A stretch of 64,000 nt of DNA from an uncultured bacterium (GTDB lineage: Bacteria > Fidelibacterota > Marinisomatia > Marinisomatales > Marinisomataceae). Made by a program: the position numbers and the translations under genes. Below the pieces are notes generated by a model. The model searched no databases. It saw nothing but the letters and a program-made list of their open reading frames with translations, and had not been told where the DNA came from. This document shows positions 9,862 through 19,694 of the stretch, in pieces. Numbering within the stretch: the stretch's first letter is position 1; every line of letters begins with the position of its first letter. The stretch is taken from contig CAJJCZ010000009.1 of the NCBI GenBank assembly GCA_905182795.1, positions 11,437 to 75,436 of the forward strand. The letters are read 5' to 3'.

Positions 9862-10934
9862 GTGAATCTTTAAAAACAACATTGTATGATTGTCATGATA
9901 AATTAGGAGCAAAGCTAGTCCCTTTTGCAGGATTCTTAATGCCATTACAGTACTCTGGAATTATTGATGAGCATAAACATGTTAGATCTAAAGTAGGTTT
10001 ATTTGATGTTAGTCATATGGGAGAATTTATTGTAAGTGGAAAAAATGCTAAACAATTTCTCCAAAACGTTACAATTAATGATATTAATGCCTTGAAGCCT
10101 GGAAAAGCTCAATATAGCGCACTTTGCAATGAAAGCGGTGGAATACTTGATGATTTGTTGATATATGATTTATCAGATCATTATATGCTTGTAGTTAATG
10201 CTTCTAACATTGAAAAGAACTTTAAATGGCTTGAAAAACATTTATTGAGCGAAGTAGTGTTGAAGGATATATCAGAAAATATGGGTTTGTTAGCAATACA
10301 GGGCCCTCTTTCTAGGGATATATTAGAGAGCTTCTATCCAGAAATTAGTTCGTTAAAATATTATGAAACTTTAATGCCAGATTCTGATAGAACTATTGTT
10401 GCTCGAACAGGCTATTCAGGCGAATTGGGATTCGAAATATATGTATCAAATGACAAAATCGTTGATTTGTGGAACAAGTTATTAGGTGCATCAGAACATA
10501 TAAGACCTGTTGGTTTAGGGTGTAGAGATTCTTTAAGACTAGAAATGGGATATTGTCTCTATGGACATGAATTAAATGAATCAATTAATCCAATAGAATC
10601 AGGGTTATCTTGGATTACAAAATTAGATACACAATTTATTGGATCTAAATTTTTGGCTGATATAAGTATAGAAAAAAAATTAGTACCACTAGTTTTAAAA
10701 GATAGAGCAATTCCTAGAGCTGAATATAAAATTTTTGATGATAATGATAATAAAATTGGGTTTATTACGAGTGGCGCAATGTCGCCTAGTCTGAAGTTTG
10801 GTATAGCTTTAGCTTATATAGATCTACCTTATGCAAAAGATTTAAATTCTTTTAATATTAAAATTCGTAATAATACTTTTACTATGGATAAAGCAAAGCT
10901 TCCCTTTTATAAACATGGAACATATTTAAAATAA
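9858..10934 (+). CDS. gcvT: Glycine cleavage system aminomethyltransferase T
   Basis: GLFDVSHMGE, AIQGP, RTGYSGELGFE, GLGCRDSLRLE.GY.LYG. Confidence 0.95.
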   Translation: MSESLKTTLYDCHDKLGAKLVPFAGFLMPLQYSGIIDEHKHVRSKVGLFDVSHMGEFIVSGKNAKQFLQNVTINDINALKPGKAQYSALCNESGGILDDLLIYDLSDHYMLVVNASNIEKNFKWLEKHLLSEVVLKDISENMGLLAIQGPLSRDILESFYPEISSLKYYETLMPDSDRTIVARTGYSGELGFEIYVSNDKIVDLWNKLLGASEHIRPVGLGCRDSLRLEMGYCLYGHELNESINPIESGLSWITKLDTQFIGSKFLADISIEKKLVPLVLKDRAIPRAEYKIFDDNDNKIGFITSGAMSPSLKFGIALAYIDLPYAKDLNSFNIKIRNNTFTMDKAKLPFYKHGTYLK

Positions 10935-13207
10935 TGGATAAAAAACGAATACAAATTATTGGATGGTTACTAGCTTTTTGTTCTTTTTTAACCTTAGGAT
11001 CTATGATAGGTTATGATGCATCAGAAGAACCTTCTCTTGTTTCAAATTCAATTAATAACCCCTTTAATATTGTAGGAGTATATATTGGCTATTATTTCAT
11101 AAAGTTAGGTTTTGGATATGCCGCTTACATGATTCCCCTAATTGGCTTAACTGTATCATTTTATTTAATTTCAAATTTTAGTTTCATGCTATCAAGACTA
11201 ATAAGTTATCAATTAGGACTTCTTTTTTATCTTTCAATTACTCTAGGTTTATTTCAAAATTATAATTCACTTTCTTCTGATATTAGCTATGAGTATTCAG
11301 GTTTATTAGGTGGCTTAGTATTAAGCTTATTTCATGATTGGATTGGTTTAATTGGTTCTATCAGCTTGATAACACTTTTATGGATATTGCTTTTTGTAGG
11401 ATTTTTTAATTTAGATCTTTATAGTAGTTTTCAATCTGCAGTATCTTTTATTCAATCTAAAATTAAGTCATTAAGCGATATTAATTGGCGAGTTTGGTTA
11501 AAAAATGAAGACAAACACTTACAAGAAGAAGTTAAAAAAATCATTGATGATGAATCTTTCCTACATGACATAACTGAAGAAGAATCAAAGGAAAATACTT
11601 CAGTCGATAGTCCAGTAGACGTAGTCGAAGAATTAAAAGAAGAAGTCATTGATGATATAGAGTCTGAAGATGAATTATCAATTGAAAAAGAAATTGTTGA
11701 GAAAGAAGTAGATATTGATCAAAAAAGATCAAATTCTATTATTAAGAAAGACTGGAAGTTTCCATCTACAGATTTATTAGAATTTATTTCAGATGAATCA
11801 GAGGAATTGAGTACAGATTATCTAAAAGATAGAGCTGAATTTCTGCGTAATTCTATTTCAACCTTTGGAGTAGAGGGAAAGACAGGATCAATTAAAACAG
11901 GTCCAATTATTACATTATTTGAAATAGAGCCAGCTGAAGGAGTAAGAGTAAATAAATTTGTTCAGCTATCAGATGATATTGCAAGAGTTATGGAAGCAGA
12001 TAGAGTAAGAGTGTTAGCTCCTATACCTGGAACATCCCTTGTAGGGGTTGAAATTCCGAATGATAACCCTCAAACTATTTATTTGAAATCAGTTATTAAT
12101 TCTGAAAAATATTTAAAGTCCAATTCAAAGCTAAAGCTAGCAATTGGAAAGGGAATTCTTGGAGATATTGCTATTCTTGATTTAGTAGAGATGCCTCACC
12201 TATTGATTGCTGGAACAACAGGCTCAGGAAAGTCTGTGTCGTTGAATACTATTATTGTCAGTCTTCTTTATCAGTTAAAGCCAGATGAAGTTAAGTTTGT
12301 TATTATTGATCCCAAGAAGGTGGAAATGTCTTTATATAAAGGACTTGAAGATCATTATTTATTAAAATTTGATGGTATTGATGAGTCAATTATTACCAAG
12401 AAAGATAATGCAATTTTAGCCTTAAGGTCGTTGGAAAAAGAAATGGATTCAAGATACGATCTACTTGCCAAGTCTGTAAAAAGAAATATTGCTGAATACA
12501 ACAGCATGATGAAAAAAAATAAGAAAGATTTAATGCCATATATTGTACTTATGATTGACGAATTAGCTGATTTAATGATGTATAGTCCTAGAGATGTTGA
12601 GGCTCCTATTGCCAGATTAGCTCAATTAGCAAGAGCTGTTGGTATTCATCTAGTTATTGCAACACAGAGACCTTCTGTTGATGTTATCACAGGTGTTATT
12701 AAGGCAAACTTTCCCGCTAGAATAGCATTTCAAGTAGCTACAAAAATTGATTCTAGAACAATTTTAGACGTAAATGGTGCAGATAAATTAATTGGAAAAG
12801 GAGACATGCTTTATCAAAAACCAGGAGCCTCTTCTCCTGTTAGGATGCATGGTGCTTTTGTTACTTTGAAAGAAATTGAAGACTTAGTAGGATATATATC
12901 CAAGCAACCAAAGCCAAATGAAATTATACTTGAAACTGTTAGAGATAATGTAAGTACTCTTGGTGGTAGTGAGGGAGGTATTGAAGATGAACTTCTTGAG
13001 AAGGCAATTGAAATTGTAGTAGTAAGTAAGCAAGGATCTATTTCATTATTACAAAGGAGATTATCCATAGGTTATTCTAGAGCAGCTAGGTTAATAGATG
13101 AGATGGAAAGATTAAAAATTGTAGGATCTTTTACTGGAAGTAAAGCTCGCGAAGTTCTGGTTGATGAGTCCTATTTAGAGACAATCAAAGATGATCAAGA
13201 AGTATAG
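10934..13207 (+). CDS. ftsK: DNA translocase FtsK
   Basis: N-terminal TMs, MPHLLIAGTTGSGKS, IDELADLM, ATQRPSVDV, gamma domain LQRRLSIGYSRA. Confidence 0.96.
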   Translation: MDKKRIQIIGWLLAFCSFLTLGSMIGYDASEEPSLVSNSINNPFNIVGVYIGYYFIKLGFGYAAYMIPLIGLTVSFYLISNFSFMLSRLISYQLGLLFYLSITLGLFQNYNSLSSDISYEYSGLLGGLVLSLFHDWIGLIGSISLITLLWILLFVGFFNLDLYSSFQSAVSFIQSKIKSLSDINWRVWLKNEDKHLQEEVKKIIDDESFLHDITEEESKENTSVDSPVDVVEELKEEVIDDIESEDELSIEKEIVEKEVDIDQKRSNSIIKKDWKFPSTDLLEFISDESEELSTDYLKDRAEFLRNSISTFGVEGKTGSIKTGPIITLFEIEPAEGVRVNKFVQLSDDIARVMEADRVRVLAPIPGTSLVGVEIPNDNPQTIYLKSVINSEKYLKSNSKLKLAIGKGILGDIAILDLVEMPHLLIAGTTGSGKSVSLNTIIVSLLYQLKPDEVKFVIIDPKKVEMSLYKGLEDHYLLKFDGIDESIITKKDNAILALRSLEKEMDSRYDLLAKSVKRNIAEYNSMMKKNKKDLMPYIVLMIDELADLMMYSPRDVEAPIARLAQLARAVGIHLVIATQRPSVDVITGVIKANFPARIAFQVATKIDSRTILDVNGADKLIGKGDMLYQKPGASSPVRMHGAFVTLKEIEDLVGYISKQPKPNEIILETVRDNVSTLGGSEGGIEDELLEKAIEIVVVSKQGSISLLQRRLSIGYSRAARLIDEMERLKIVGSFTGSKAREVLVDESYLETIKDDQEV

Positions 13208-13751
13208 TTTAATTTTACTATTAAGTATATCATTTGGACAGAATACGATTGAAGATAATGTCGCTTCATTTATTGAAAGTCTTGATAATAAAACTCTCAT
13301 ATTAATTATTGAAAAAGATAGCGTTAATAGTAATGCAACTCTATCTATATTAAATGAAAAAATTTATTTTGATACATTGAGCGAAGATGGAACAGTTGCT
13401 GTCATAGATAGTGTAAGTATTATAACCTACGACTTTAACAATCAAGTGATGATTATGGAAACTGTGGACAATACTTTTTTAGATATTTTTAATAGTAATA
13501 ATTTATCAAAGTATAACATCATCAATAAAAATATTCAGTATGGAATATGTAAAATTGACTATGAATTTGAATCACTTTTGACGTCAATTCAGTTTGATAT
13601 AACTGCAAAAGAAATTATATCAGTTGAAGTGAAAGATGGTGATATCACTTTATTCAAATCTCGAATAAAAAGTATTTCAACATTTAATTCTTATATCAAT
13701 GAAAAGAACTTTGATTCTTGGAAAGTGTTAGATTGGAGAGAGAATGAGTAA
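13191..13751 (+). CDS. Exported hypothetical protein, possibly a divergent LolA
   Basis: Signal peptide, beta-rich 186 aa, occupies the usual lolA position after ftsK. Confidence 0.45.
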   Translation: MIKKYSLILLLSISFGQNTIEDNVASFIESLDNKTLILIIEKDSVNSNATLSILNEKIYFDTLSEDGTVAVIDSVSIITYDFNNQVMIMETVDNTFLDIFNSNNLSKYNIINKNIQYGICKIDYEFESLLTSIQFDITAKEIISVEVKDGDITLFKSRIKSISTFNSYINEKNFDSWKVLDWRENE

Positions 13752-14295
13752 GATATTTGATACAATATTTTTAGATAGAGATGGAACAATCAGTCATGAT
13801 CCTTATGGCTATATAAATAGTCTTTCTGAGTATCATTTTTTTGATTATACATTTGAGGCATTAGAAATATTAAGCAAATATACTAACAAGTTTATAATTG
13901 TTACCAATCAATCAGGTTTAGCTTCCGGTAAAATTGATATAGAAAATTTAGAAGAAATAAATAGCTTCATTTATAAAGAATTTGAAAAAAGAAATCTCCC
14001 TTTAAAGAAGATATATTTTTCTGAAAATTATGATGAAGGTTATGACTCTATGCGAAAACCTGGTATAGGAATGTTTGTAAAAGCGAAAGAAGATTTCAAT
14101 ATTGATTTATCAAAAAGTTTAATGATTGGAGATTCTATTGTAGATATGCAAGTAGGAGATAGGCTTGATATGAAAACTATTTTCTTACTCACAGGATTCG
14201 GTAAAGAGTATTTAGCTGAGGTTAAAGATAAGTGTGATCCTAATTTTATAGCAAAGGATTTACTGGAAGCATCAAAGGAGATAGTATCAATATAG
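13744..14295 (+). CDS. gmhB: HAD-IIIA phosphatase, GmhB/HisB-N family
   Basis: FLDRDGTI, VTNQSG, RKP..GM, MIGD...D. Confidence 0.8.
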   Translation: MSKIFDTIFLDRDGTISHDPYGYINSLSEYHFFDYTFEALEILSKYTNKFIIVTNQSGLASGKIDIENLEEINSFIYKEFEKRNLPLKKIYFSENYDEGYDSMRKPGIGMFVKAKEDFNIDLSKSLMIGDSIVDMQVGDRLDMKTIFLLTGFGKEYLAEVKDKCDPNFIAKDLLEASKEIVSI

Positions 14296-15185
14296 GAATT
14301 GTATATGGAGGTAATTCTGAGGAGAGTCAAGTTTCCATAAAGTCTGGAGAGGCTATATCTAACGCTTGTCAAAAGATGGGATATAAGGTTTCTGAATTTC
14401 ATATATCGAATAATAGTATTGATAATATTCTTCCAGATCTTAAAAAGTTAGACTTTGTATTTTTAGCATTACATGGAGTCTTTGGAGAAGATGGTTCCAT
14501 ACAAACAATTTTAGATCATAACGATATAGCCTACAATGGATCTCAATCAAATTCTTCTAAAAATTGCTTTGATAAGAATCTTACTAAAGCGATTGCTAAA
14601 AATAATAATATTCTAACACCACATTTCATGTTAGTAAATAAAAGAAATTTTGATATCAATGATTATAATTTTAAAAAGTCTGTTATTAAACCAAATAAAC
14701 AGGGGAGTTCAGTTGGTTTTTCTATTATAGATAATCAAAATGAAATTGCATCTGCGCTAGATTCTGCTCTTGATTATGATACCTGCGCGCTAATAGAGGA
14801 ATATATCGAAGGTCGTGAAATTACAGTATCAATTTTAGGTAATGAGGCACTTCCTATTATAGAAATTGAGCCAAATTATGGAGTATATGATTATAAGGCA
14901 AAATATACAAAAGGAGCATCTAATTATATATGTCCTGCAATTATGCCTGAATCAATATCAGATAGCATAAAGGACATTGCTTTAAAGACTCATCAGCTAT
15001 TGAATTGTGAGATTTATTCTAGAGTAGATTTTAGATTAGATGATAATAATGAGTGTTGGTTACTTGAAATAAATACATTACCAGGAATGACTGAAACAAG
15101 CTTGTTTCCAATGGCAGCAAAAGCTGTTGGATTATCTTTTGAAGATTTAATTGATAAAATTATTAAATTGTCTCTAGAAAAATGA
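14286..15185 (+). CDS. ddl: D-alanine--D-alanine ligase (start extended upstream of ORF-track call at 14376; probable ATC start)
   Basis: In-frame NIGIVYGGNSEESQVSIKSG upstream of the ATG; ALHG.FGEDG, GSSVG, YDYKAKY, EINTLPGMT. Confidence 0.9.
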   Translation: MNIGIVYGGNSEESQVSIKSGEAISNACQKMGYKVSEFHISNNSIDNILPDLKKLDFVFLALHGVFGEDGSIQTILDHNDIAYNGSQSNSSKNCFDKNLTKAIAKNNNILTPHFMLVNKRNFDINDYNFKKSVIKPNKQGSSVGFSIIDNQNEIASALDSALDYDTCALIEEYIEGREITVSILGNEALPIIEIEPNYGVYDYKAKYTKGASNYICPAIMPESISDSIKDIALKTHQLLNCEIYSRVDFRLDDNNECWLLEINTLPGMTETSLFPMAAKAVGLSFEDLIDKIIKLSLEK

Positions 15186-16561
15186 AATTACAATTTTACA
15201 ATTCAGTTACTTCAGAAAAAGAAGAGTTCCAATCCATATCAAATAACGAGGTATTGGTATACGGTTGTGGTCCAACAGTTTATAACTCTCCTCATATAGG
15301 AAATTTTAGAACATTTGTATTCTATGATTTGCTTAATAGAGTGCTTTTACAAAATGGATATACTGTGAAAAATGTTATCAATATCACAGATATAGATGAT
15401 AAGATTATTGATAGAGTTAATAATGAAGATATTGCATTTAACGATTTAACACAAAAGTATGAACGTATTTTTTTAGATCAATCAGATTCTCTTAATATTT
15501 TACCGTCCACTTTTAATCCTAGAGCTTCAGAGCATATATCAGAAATGATTCATTTTATCAAATCTCTTATAGCTAAAGGGGTTGCTTATAATGTAGATGG
15601 GAATATTTTTTTTGATACAAAAGAGTATAGTAAATATGGAAAGTTTGTAAATATTGATGATGATAATTTATCTAGAGAAGATAATGAGCTTGGAAAGAAA
15701 CACCCTAATGACTTTGCATTGTGGAAAGCTTGGAAAGATTCCGATGGTGAAATTACATGGGCATCAGATTGGGGAAATGGTAGACCTGCATGGCATACAG
15801 AATGTGCTGTATTAGGAACGCAATTATTGGGAGAATCTATCGATATTCATTGCGGTGGAATTGATTTAAAATTTCCTCATCATGAAAATGAATCTGCTCA
15901 AGTAGAAGCATTACTAGGAAATCAATTTGCAAATTATTGGCTTCATGCAGAACATTTAATTTTTGATAGCGAGAAAATGAGTAAATCTCTAGGCAATACA
16001 TTAAGTGTATCTGATTTACTAAAAAAATATTCTCCTGAAACGTTAAGATTATTTTTGCTTTCATCTCACTATAGATCAAAAGTATCTTTTTCAGATAAAA
16101 AATTAGATGATTCATCAAAGATGATTGACAAGATTGATAGGTTTATAAATAATTTTGATTTAGATACGATTGATATTGATGGTGTAGAATATGGTAGTTT
16201 TCATTTATCTTTTCTTGATGCTTTAAATGATGATTTGAACACGCCAGAAGCTCTTGGTGTATTTTTTGATTTTATCAATACGATAAACAAAAATATTGAT
16301 AATGAATCCATGACAGAAGATTTAAAGATTCAATCAAAAATATTTATTAATTTATTTAATTCAATTTTTAGCATTATTAATACATCTTTATCGAATAAAG
16401 AATCTATACCTAAAAATATCCAACATCTTGCTTCCGCAAGAGAAGAAATGAGAAATAAATCTGACTGGAATGAAGCAGATAAGCTAAGACAAAAGATTGA
16501 AAGTCTAGGCTGGCTTATTGAAGATACAAAGAATGGTCAGAAACTCACTCAAAAGAAATAA
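15182..16561 (+). CDS. cysS: Cysteine--tRNA ligase
   Basis: CGPTVY, HIGN, GRPAWHTEC, FPHHENE, KMSKS. Confidence 0.97.
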   Translation: MKLQFYNSVTSEKEEFQSISNNEVLVYGCGPTVYNSPHIGNFRTFVFYDLLNRVLLQNGYTVKNVINITDIDDKIIDRVNNEDIAFNDLTQKYERIFLDQSDSLNILPSTFNPRASEHISEMIHFIKSLIAKGVAYNVDGNIFFDTKEYSKYGKFVNIDDDNLSREDNELGKKHPNDFALWKAWKDSDGEITWASDWGNGRPAWHTECAVLGTQLLGESIDIHCGGIDLKFPHHENESAQVEALLGNQFANYWLHAEHLIFDSEKMSKSLGNTLSVSDLLKKYSPETLRLFLLSSHYRSKVSFSDKKLDDSSKMIDKIDRFINNFDLDTIDIDGVEYGSFHLSFLDALNDDLNTPEALGVFFDFINTINKNIDNESMTEDLKIQSKIFINLFNSIFSIINTSLSNKESIPKNIQHLASAREEMRNKSDWNEADKLRQKIESLGWLIEDTKNGQKLTQKK

Positions 16562-16562
16562 T

Positions 16563-16590
16563 TTGTTTTCCTCGTAATTCTTCTTATATT
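16563..16590 (+). promoter_or_regulatory. Putative sigma70-type promoter for the tRNA-tuf cluster
   Basis: TTGTTT-N16-TATATT in the gap upstream of tRNA-Thr. Confidence 0.5.
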
Positions 16591-16636
16591 TCGTGGCTTT
16601 TACCTACGCGTGCGTGTATAGGTATATACTAACATT

Positions 16637-16709
16637 GCCGGTGTAGCTCAGTTGGTAGAGCAAGTGATTTGTAATCACTAGGTCGGGGGTTCAAGTCCTC
16701 TCGCCGGCT
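16637..16709 (+). tRNA. tRNA-Thr(TGT)
   Basis: Cloverleaf GCCGGTG/CGCCGGC; anticodon arm AGTGA-TT TGT AA-TCACT; GTTCAA T-loop. Confidence 0.95.
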
Positions 16710-16789
16710 CAGTTTTTTTGAGTTAAAAGTAAGATATTTGAAAATTTTTTTGTCCTACTATCCAGGTAGTAATTGAGTATTAGGATTTC

Positions 16790-16872
16790 GGGCAAATGGC
16801 CGAGTGGTTAAAGGCAGCAGACTGTAAATCTGCCTACGTAAGTATACGGAGGTTCGAATCCTTCTTTGCCCA
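16790..16872 (+). tRNA. tRNA-Tyr(GTA)
   Basis: GGGCAAA/TTTGCCC; GCAGA-CT GTA AA-TCTGC; long variable arm. Confidence 0.95.
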
Positions 16873-16881
16873 CAGATTTTT

Positions 16882-16954
16882 GCGAGTGTAGCTCAGCTGG
16901 TAGAGCATCAGCCTTCCAAGCTGAGGGTCGCGCGTTCGAATCGCGTCACTCGCT
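16882..16954 (+). tRNA. tRNA-Gly(TCC)
   Basis: GCGAGTG/CACTCGC; TCAGC-CT TCC AA-GCTGA. Confidence 0.95.
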
Positions 16955-16966
16955 CAAGTAATTATT

Positions 16967-17039
16967 GCCTGCGTAGCTCAGTAGGTAGAGCACTTCGTTG
17001 GTAACGAAGAGGTCACCGGTTCAACCCCGGTCGTAGGCT
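16967..17039 (+). tRNA. tRNA-Thr(GGT)
   Basis: GCCTGCG/CGTAGGC; CTTCG-TT GGT AA-CGAAG; completes the Thr-Tyr-Gly-Thr-tuf arrangement. Confidence 0.95.
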
Positions 17040-17090
17040 CAAAAAAGAATTGAAGATTTATAATTTTGATAAAATAAAGGAGAGTAAAAA

Positions 17091-18281
17091 ATGGCTAAAG
17101 AAGTATTTAAAAGAAATAAGCCTCACTGTAATATTGGTACTATTGGTCACGTTGATCATGGTAAAACAACGTTAACAGCAGCTATTACACAAACCCAAGC
17201 TAATTTGGGATTAGCTGAACAACGTTCTTTTGACACTATTGATAATGCACCTGAGGAAAAAGAAAGAGGTATTACAATTCAGACATCTCATGTTGAGTAT
17301 GAGACTGCTAATCGTCACTATGCTCACGTTGACTGTCCTGGTCACGCTGACTATATTAAAAATATGATTACTGGTGCTGCACAGATGGATGGTGGTATTC
17401 TTGTGGTTAGTGCCGCAGATGGTCCTATGCCTCAAACTCGTGAGCACGTTCTTTTAGCTCGTCAGGTAAATGTTCCAAGTCTAGTTGTTTTTATGAACAA
17501 AGTAGATCAGGTAGACGATGAAGAGCTTTTAGAGTTAGTAGAAATGGAACTTAGAGATCTATTAAGCGAATACAAATTTGATGGAGATAACACTCCAATC
17601 ATTAAGGGAAGTGCTTTAAAAGCTCTTGAGAATCCTGGTGATGCGGAAGCAACAAAATGTATTACTGAATTAATGGAAGCTTGTGACTCATTTATTCCTC
17701 AACCAAAAAGAGCGCTTGATAAGCCGTTCTTGATGCCTGTTGAAGATGTATTTAGTATTACAGGTAGAGGAACTGTTGGAACGGGTAGAATTGAATCGGG
17801 TAAGATCAAAGTCGGTGACGAAGTTGAACTTATTGGTATGGGTTCTGATATGACTACTACTATTACAGGAGTAGAAATGTTTCAAAAAACACTCAATGAA
17901 GGAGAAGCAGGAGATAATGCTGGTCTTTTAATGAGAGGTATTGAAAAAGATGACTTAAAAAGAGGTATGGTTGCAGCCGCTAAAGGTTCAATTACTCCTC
18001 ATACTAAGTTCAAAGCAAATGTATATGTTTTGAAAAAAGAAGAAGGCGGAAGACATACTCCATTCTTTAACAATTACAGACCTCAGTTCTACTTTAGAAC
18101 TACAGATGTAACTGGAGTAGTTACATTACCTGAAGGCACTGAAATGGTTATGCCTGGAGATAATGTTGAAATGTCAGTTGAATTAATTACACCGATTGCT
18201 ATGAATCAAGAGCTAAGGTTTGCTATCAGAGAAGGTGGACATACAGTAGGGGCGGGAGTCGTTACTTCCATTGAAGACTAA
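17091..18281 (+). CDS. tuf: Elongation factor Tu
   Basis: [27 protein letters not shown]; AAGGAG RBS. Confidence 0.99.
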   Translation: MAKEVFKRNKPHCNIGTIGHVDHGKTTLTAAITQTQANLGLAEQRSFDTIDNAPEEKERGITIQTSHVEYETANRHYAHVDCPGHADYIKNMITGAAQMDGGILVVSAADGPMPQTREHVLLARQVNVPSLVVFMNKVDQVDDEELLELVEMELRDLLSEYKFDGDNTPIIKGSALKALENPGDAEATKCITELMEACDSFIPQPKRALDKPFLMPVEDVFSITGRGTVGTGRIESGKIKVGDEVELIGMGSDMTTTITGVEMFQKTLNEGEAGDNAGLLMRGIEKDDLKRGMVAAAKGSITPHTKFKANVYVLKKEEGGRHTPFFNNYRPQFYFRTTDVTGVVTLPEGTEMVMPGDNVEMSVELITPIAMNQELRFAIREGGHTVGAGVVTSIED

Positions 18282-18284
18282 GAG

Positions 18285-18449
18285 ATGGCTGGCAATAGTA
18301 AAAGAGCAATTGTAAGACTTGAGAGTTCTGCCGGGACAGGATATCGCTATACTGTTACTAAAAATAAGAGTAAGCATCCTGATAAACTTGAATATAAGAA
18401 GTTTGATCCTGTAGCTCGCAAGCATGTTCTTTTTAAAGAAATAAAATAA
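18285..18449 (+). CDS. rpmG: 50S ribosomal protein L33, zinc-free form (not in ORF track)
   Basis: Translated by hand: [54 protein letters not shown]. Confidence 0.95.
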   Translation: MAGNSKRAIVRLESSAGTGYRYTVTKNKSKHPDKLEYKKFDPVARKHVLFKEIK

Positions 18450-18459
18450 AATAGCAAAT

Positions 18460-18532
18460 AGGTGAGTAGCTCAATTGGTAGAGCATCGGTCTCCAAAACC
18501 GGGGGTTGCGGGTTCAATTCCTGCCTCACCTG
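18460..18532 (+). tRNA. tRNA-Trp(CCA)
   Basis: AGGTGAG/CTCACCT; anticodon loop CT CCA AA; usual position before secE. Confidence 0.95.
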
Positions 18533-18547
18533 CAAAAAGGGAAAAGT

Positions 18548-18730
18548 ATGTTAAAAGCGGTAAAAGATTTTTTAAATCAAGTATACCTAGAAATGAATAA
18601 AGTTTCTTGGCCAAGTTACTCTGAATTAAGAGGATCGACTTATCTGATTATTATTTTTTTCTTAGTGTTTGCATTATTTTTATTTGGAGTTGATTGGGTA
18701 ATTCAAAAATTAGTGAGAGTGTTATTATGA
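18548..18730 (+). CDS. secE: Preprotein translocase SecE
   Basis: EMNKVSWPS motif plus one TM; start moved to ATG 18548 because the ORF-track start lies inside tRNA-Trp. Confidence 0.93.
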   Translation: MLKAVKDFLNQVYLEMNKVSWPSYSELRGSTYLIIIFFLVFALFLFGVDWVIQKLVRVLL

Positions 18731-19260
18731 ATTGGTATACTTTAAGAGTTATGTCAGGTAAAGAGGAAAAAATTAAAAATAATATTTTCCGAGAACTTGA
18801 ATATGAGCAAGATATAGCATCACATGTTGAGGAGATTTTAATACCAACTGAAAATGTAATAGACATGAAGAATGGAAAGAAACAGGTAAAGAAAAAAACA
18901 TTCTTTCCTGGATACATCCTTTTAAATATGGAAATGAATAACGAAACAAAATTTTTTATTGAAGGTATTGACGGTGTAATGAGTTTTGTGGGACCCAAAG
19001 GGAACCCTCAATCATTGAATGATGCTGAGATCAAAAGAATTATTGGTTCTTTTGACGCAGACGATGATTCGGTAGAAGAAATGGAAGAAATGCCATTTAA
19101 GGTTGGAGATTCTGTCAAAGTAACAGATGGACCTTTCAAAGATTTTAATGGCCTTGTTCAAGAGATTAACGATAAAAACAGAATTAAAGTAAATGTCAAT
19201 ATTTTTGGTCGTCCGACTCCTATTGAATTAAGCTTTAATCAAATATTGATAGAGAACTAA
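18727..19260 (+). CDS. nusG: Transcription factor NusG
   Basis: MNWY..., FFPGY, KOW '[12 protein letters not shown]', IFGRPTP; ATGA overlap with secE. Confidence 0.96.
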   Translation: MNWYTLRVMSGKEEKIKNNIFRELEYEQDIASHVEEILIPTENVIDMKNGKKQVKKKTFFPGYILLNMEMNNETKFFIEGIDGVMSFVGPKGNPQSLNDAEIKRIIGSFDADDDSVEEMEEMPFKVGDSVKVTDGPFKDFNGLVQEINDKNRIKVNVNIFGRPTPIELSFNQILIEN

Positions 19261-19265
19261 ATAAA

Positions 19266-19694
19266 ATGGCAAAAAAAGAAAAAACAGGACTTATTAAACT
19301 ACAAATTGCAGCCGGAAAAGCAAATCCTGCTCCACCAGTTGGACCTGCTTTAGGTCAACATGGTGTAAATATTATGGATTTCTGCAATGCATTTAATGAA
19401 TCCACAAAAGAATTACAAGGAATGTTAACTCCTGTTATTATAACAGTTTACAAAGATAGATCTTTTACTTTTGAAACAAAATCTCCACCAGCATCTACTT
19501 TAATTATGAAAGAGTTAAATATGAAAAAAGGTTCTCAAGAACCAAATAAAGATAAAGTTGGTTCGATAACGATAGCTCAATGCAAGAAAATTGCTGAGAT
19601 GAAAATGAAAGATTTAAACGCTCATACACTAGACCATGCAGCTGAAATGATTGCTGGGACTGCTGTTAGTATGGGAATCGAGATAGATAGATGA
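19266..19694 (+). CDS. rplK: 50S ribosomal protein L11
   Basis: [22 protein letters not shown]. Confidence 0.98.
   Translation: MAKKEKTGLIKLQIAAGKANPAPPVGPALGQHGVNIMDFCNAFNESTKELQGMLTPVIITVYKDRSFTFETKSPPASTLIMKELNMKKGSQEPNKDKVGSITIAQCKKIAEMKMKDLNAHTLDHAAEMIAGTAVSMGIEIDR

Noticed and set aside
8067-10934. ruvB missing after yebC-ruvC-ruvA
   Set aside because: ruvB is often unlinked in FCB genomes; absence from this window is not evidence of loss.
18347-18547. ORFs 18347-18535(-) and the 18506 start for secE
   Set aside because: They overlap tRNA-Trp and rpmG; tRNA-derived artefacts.
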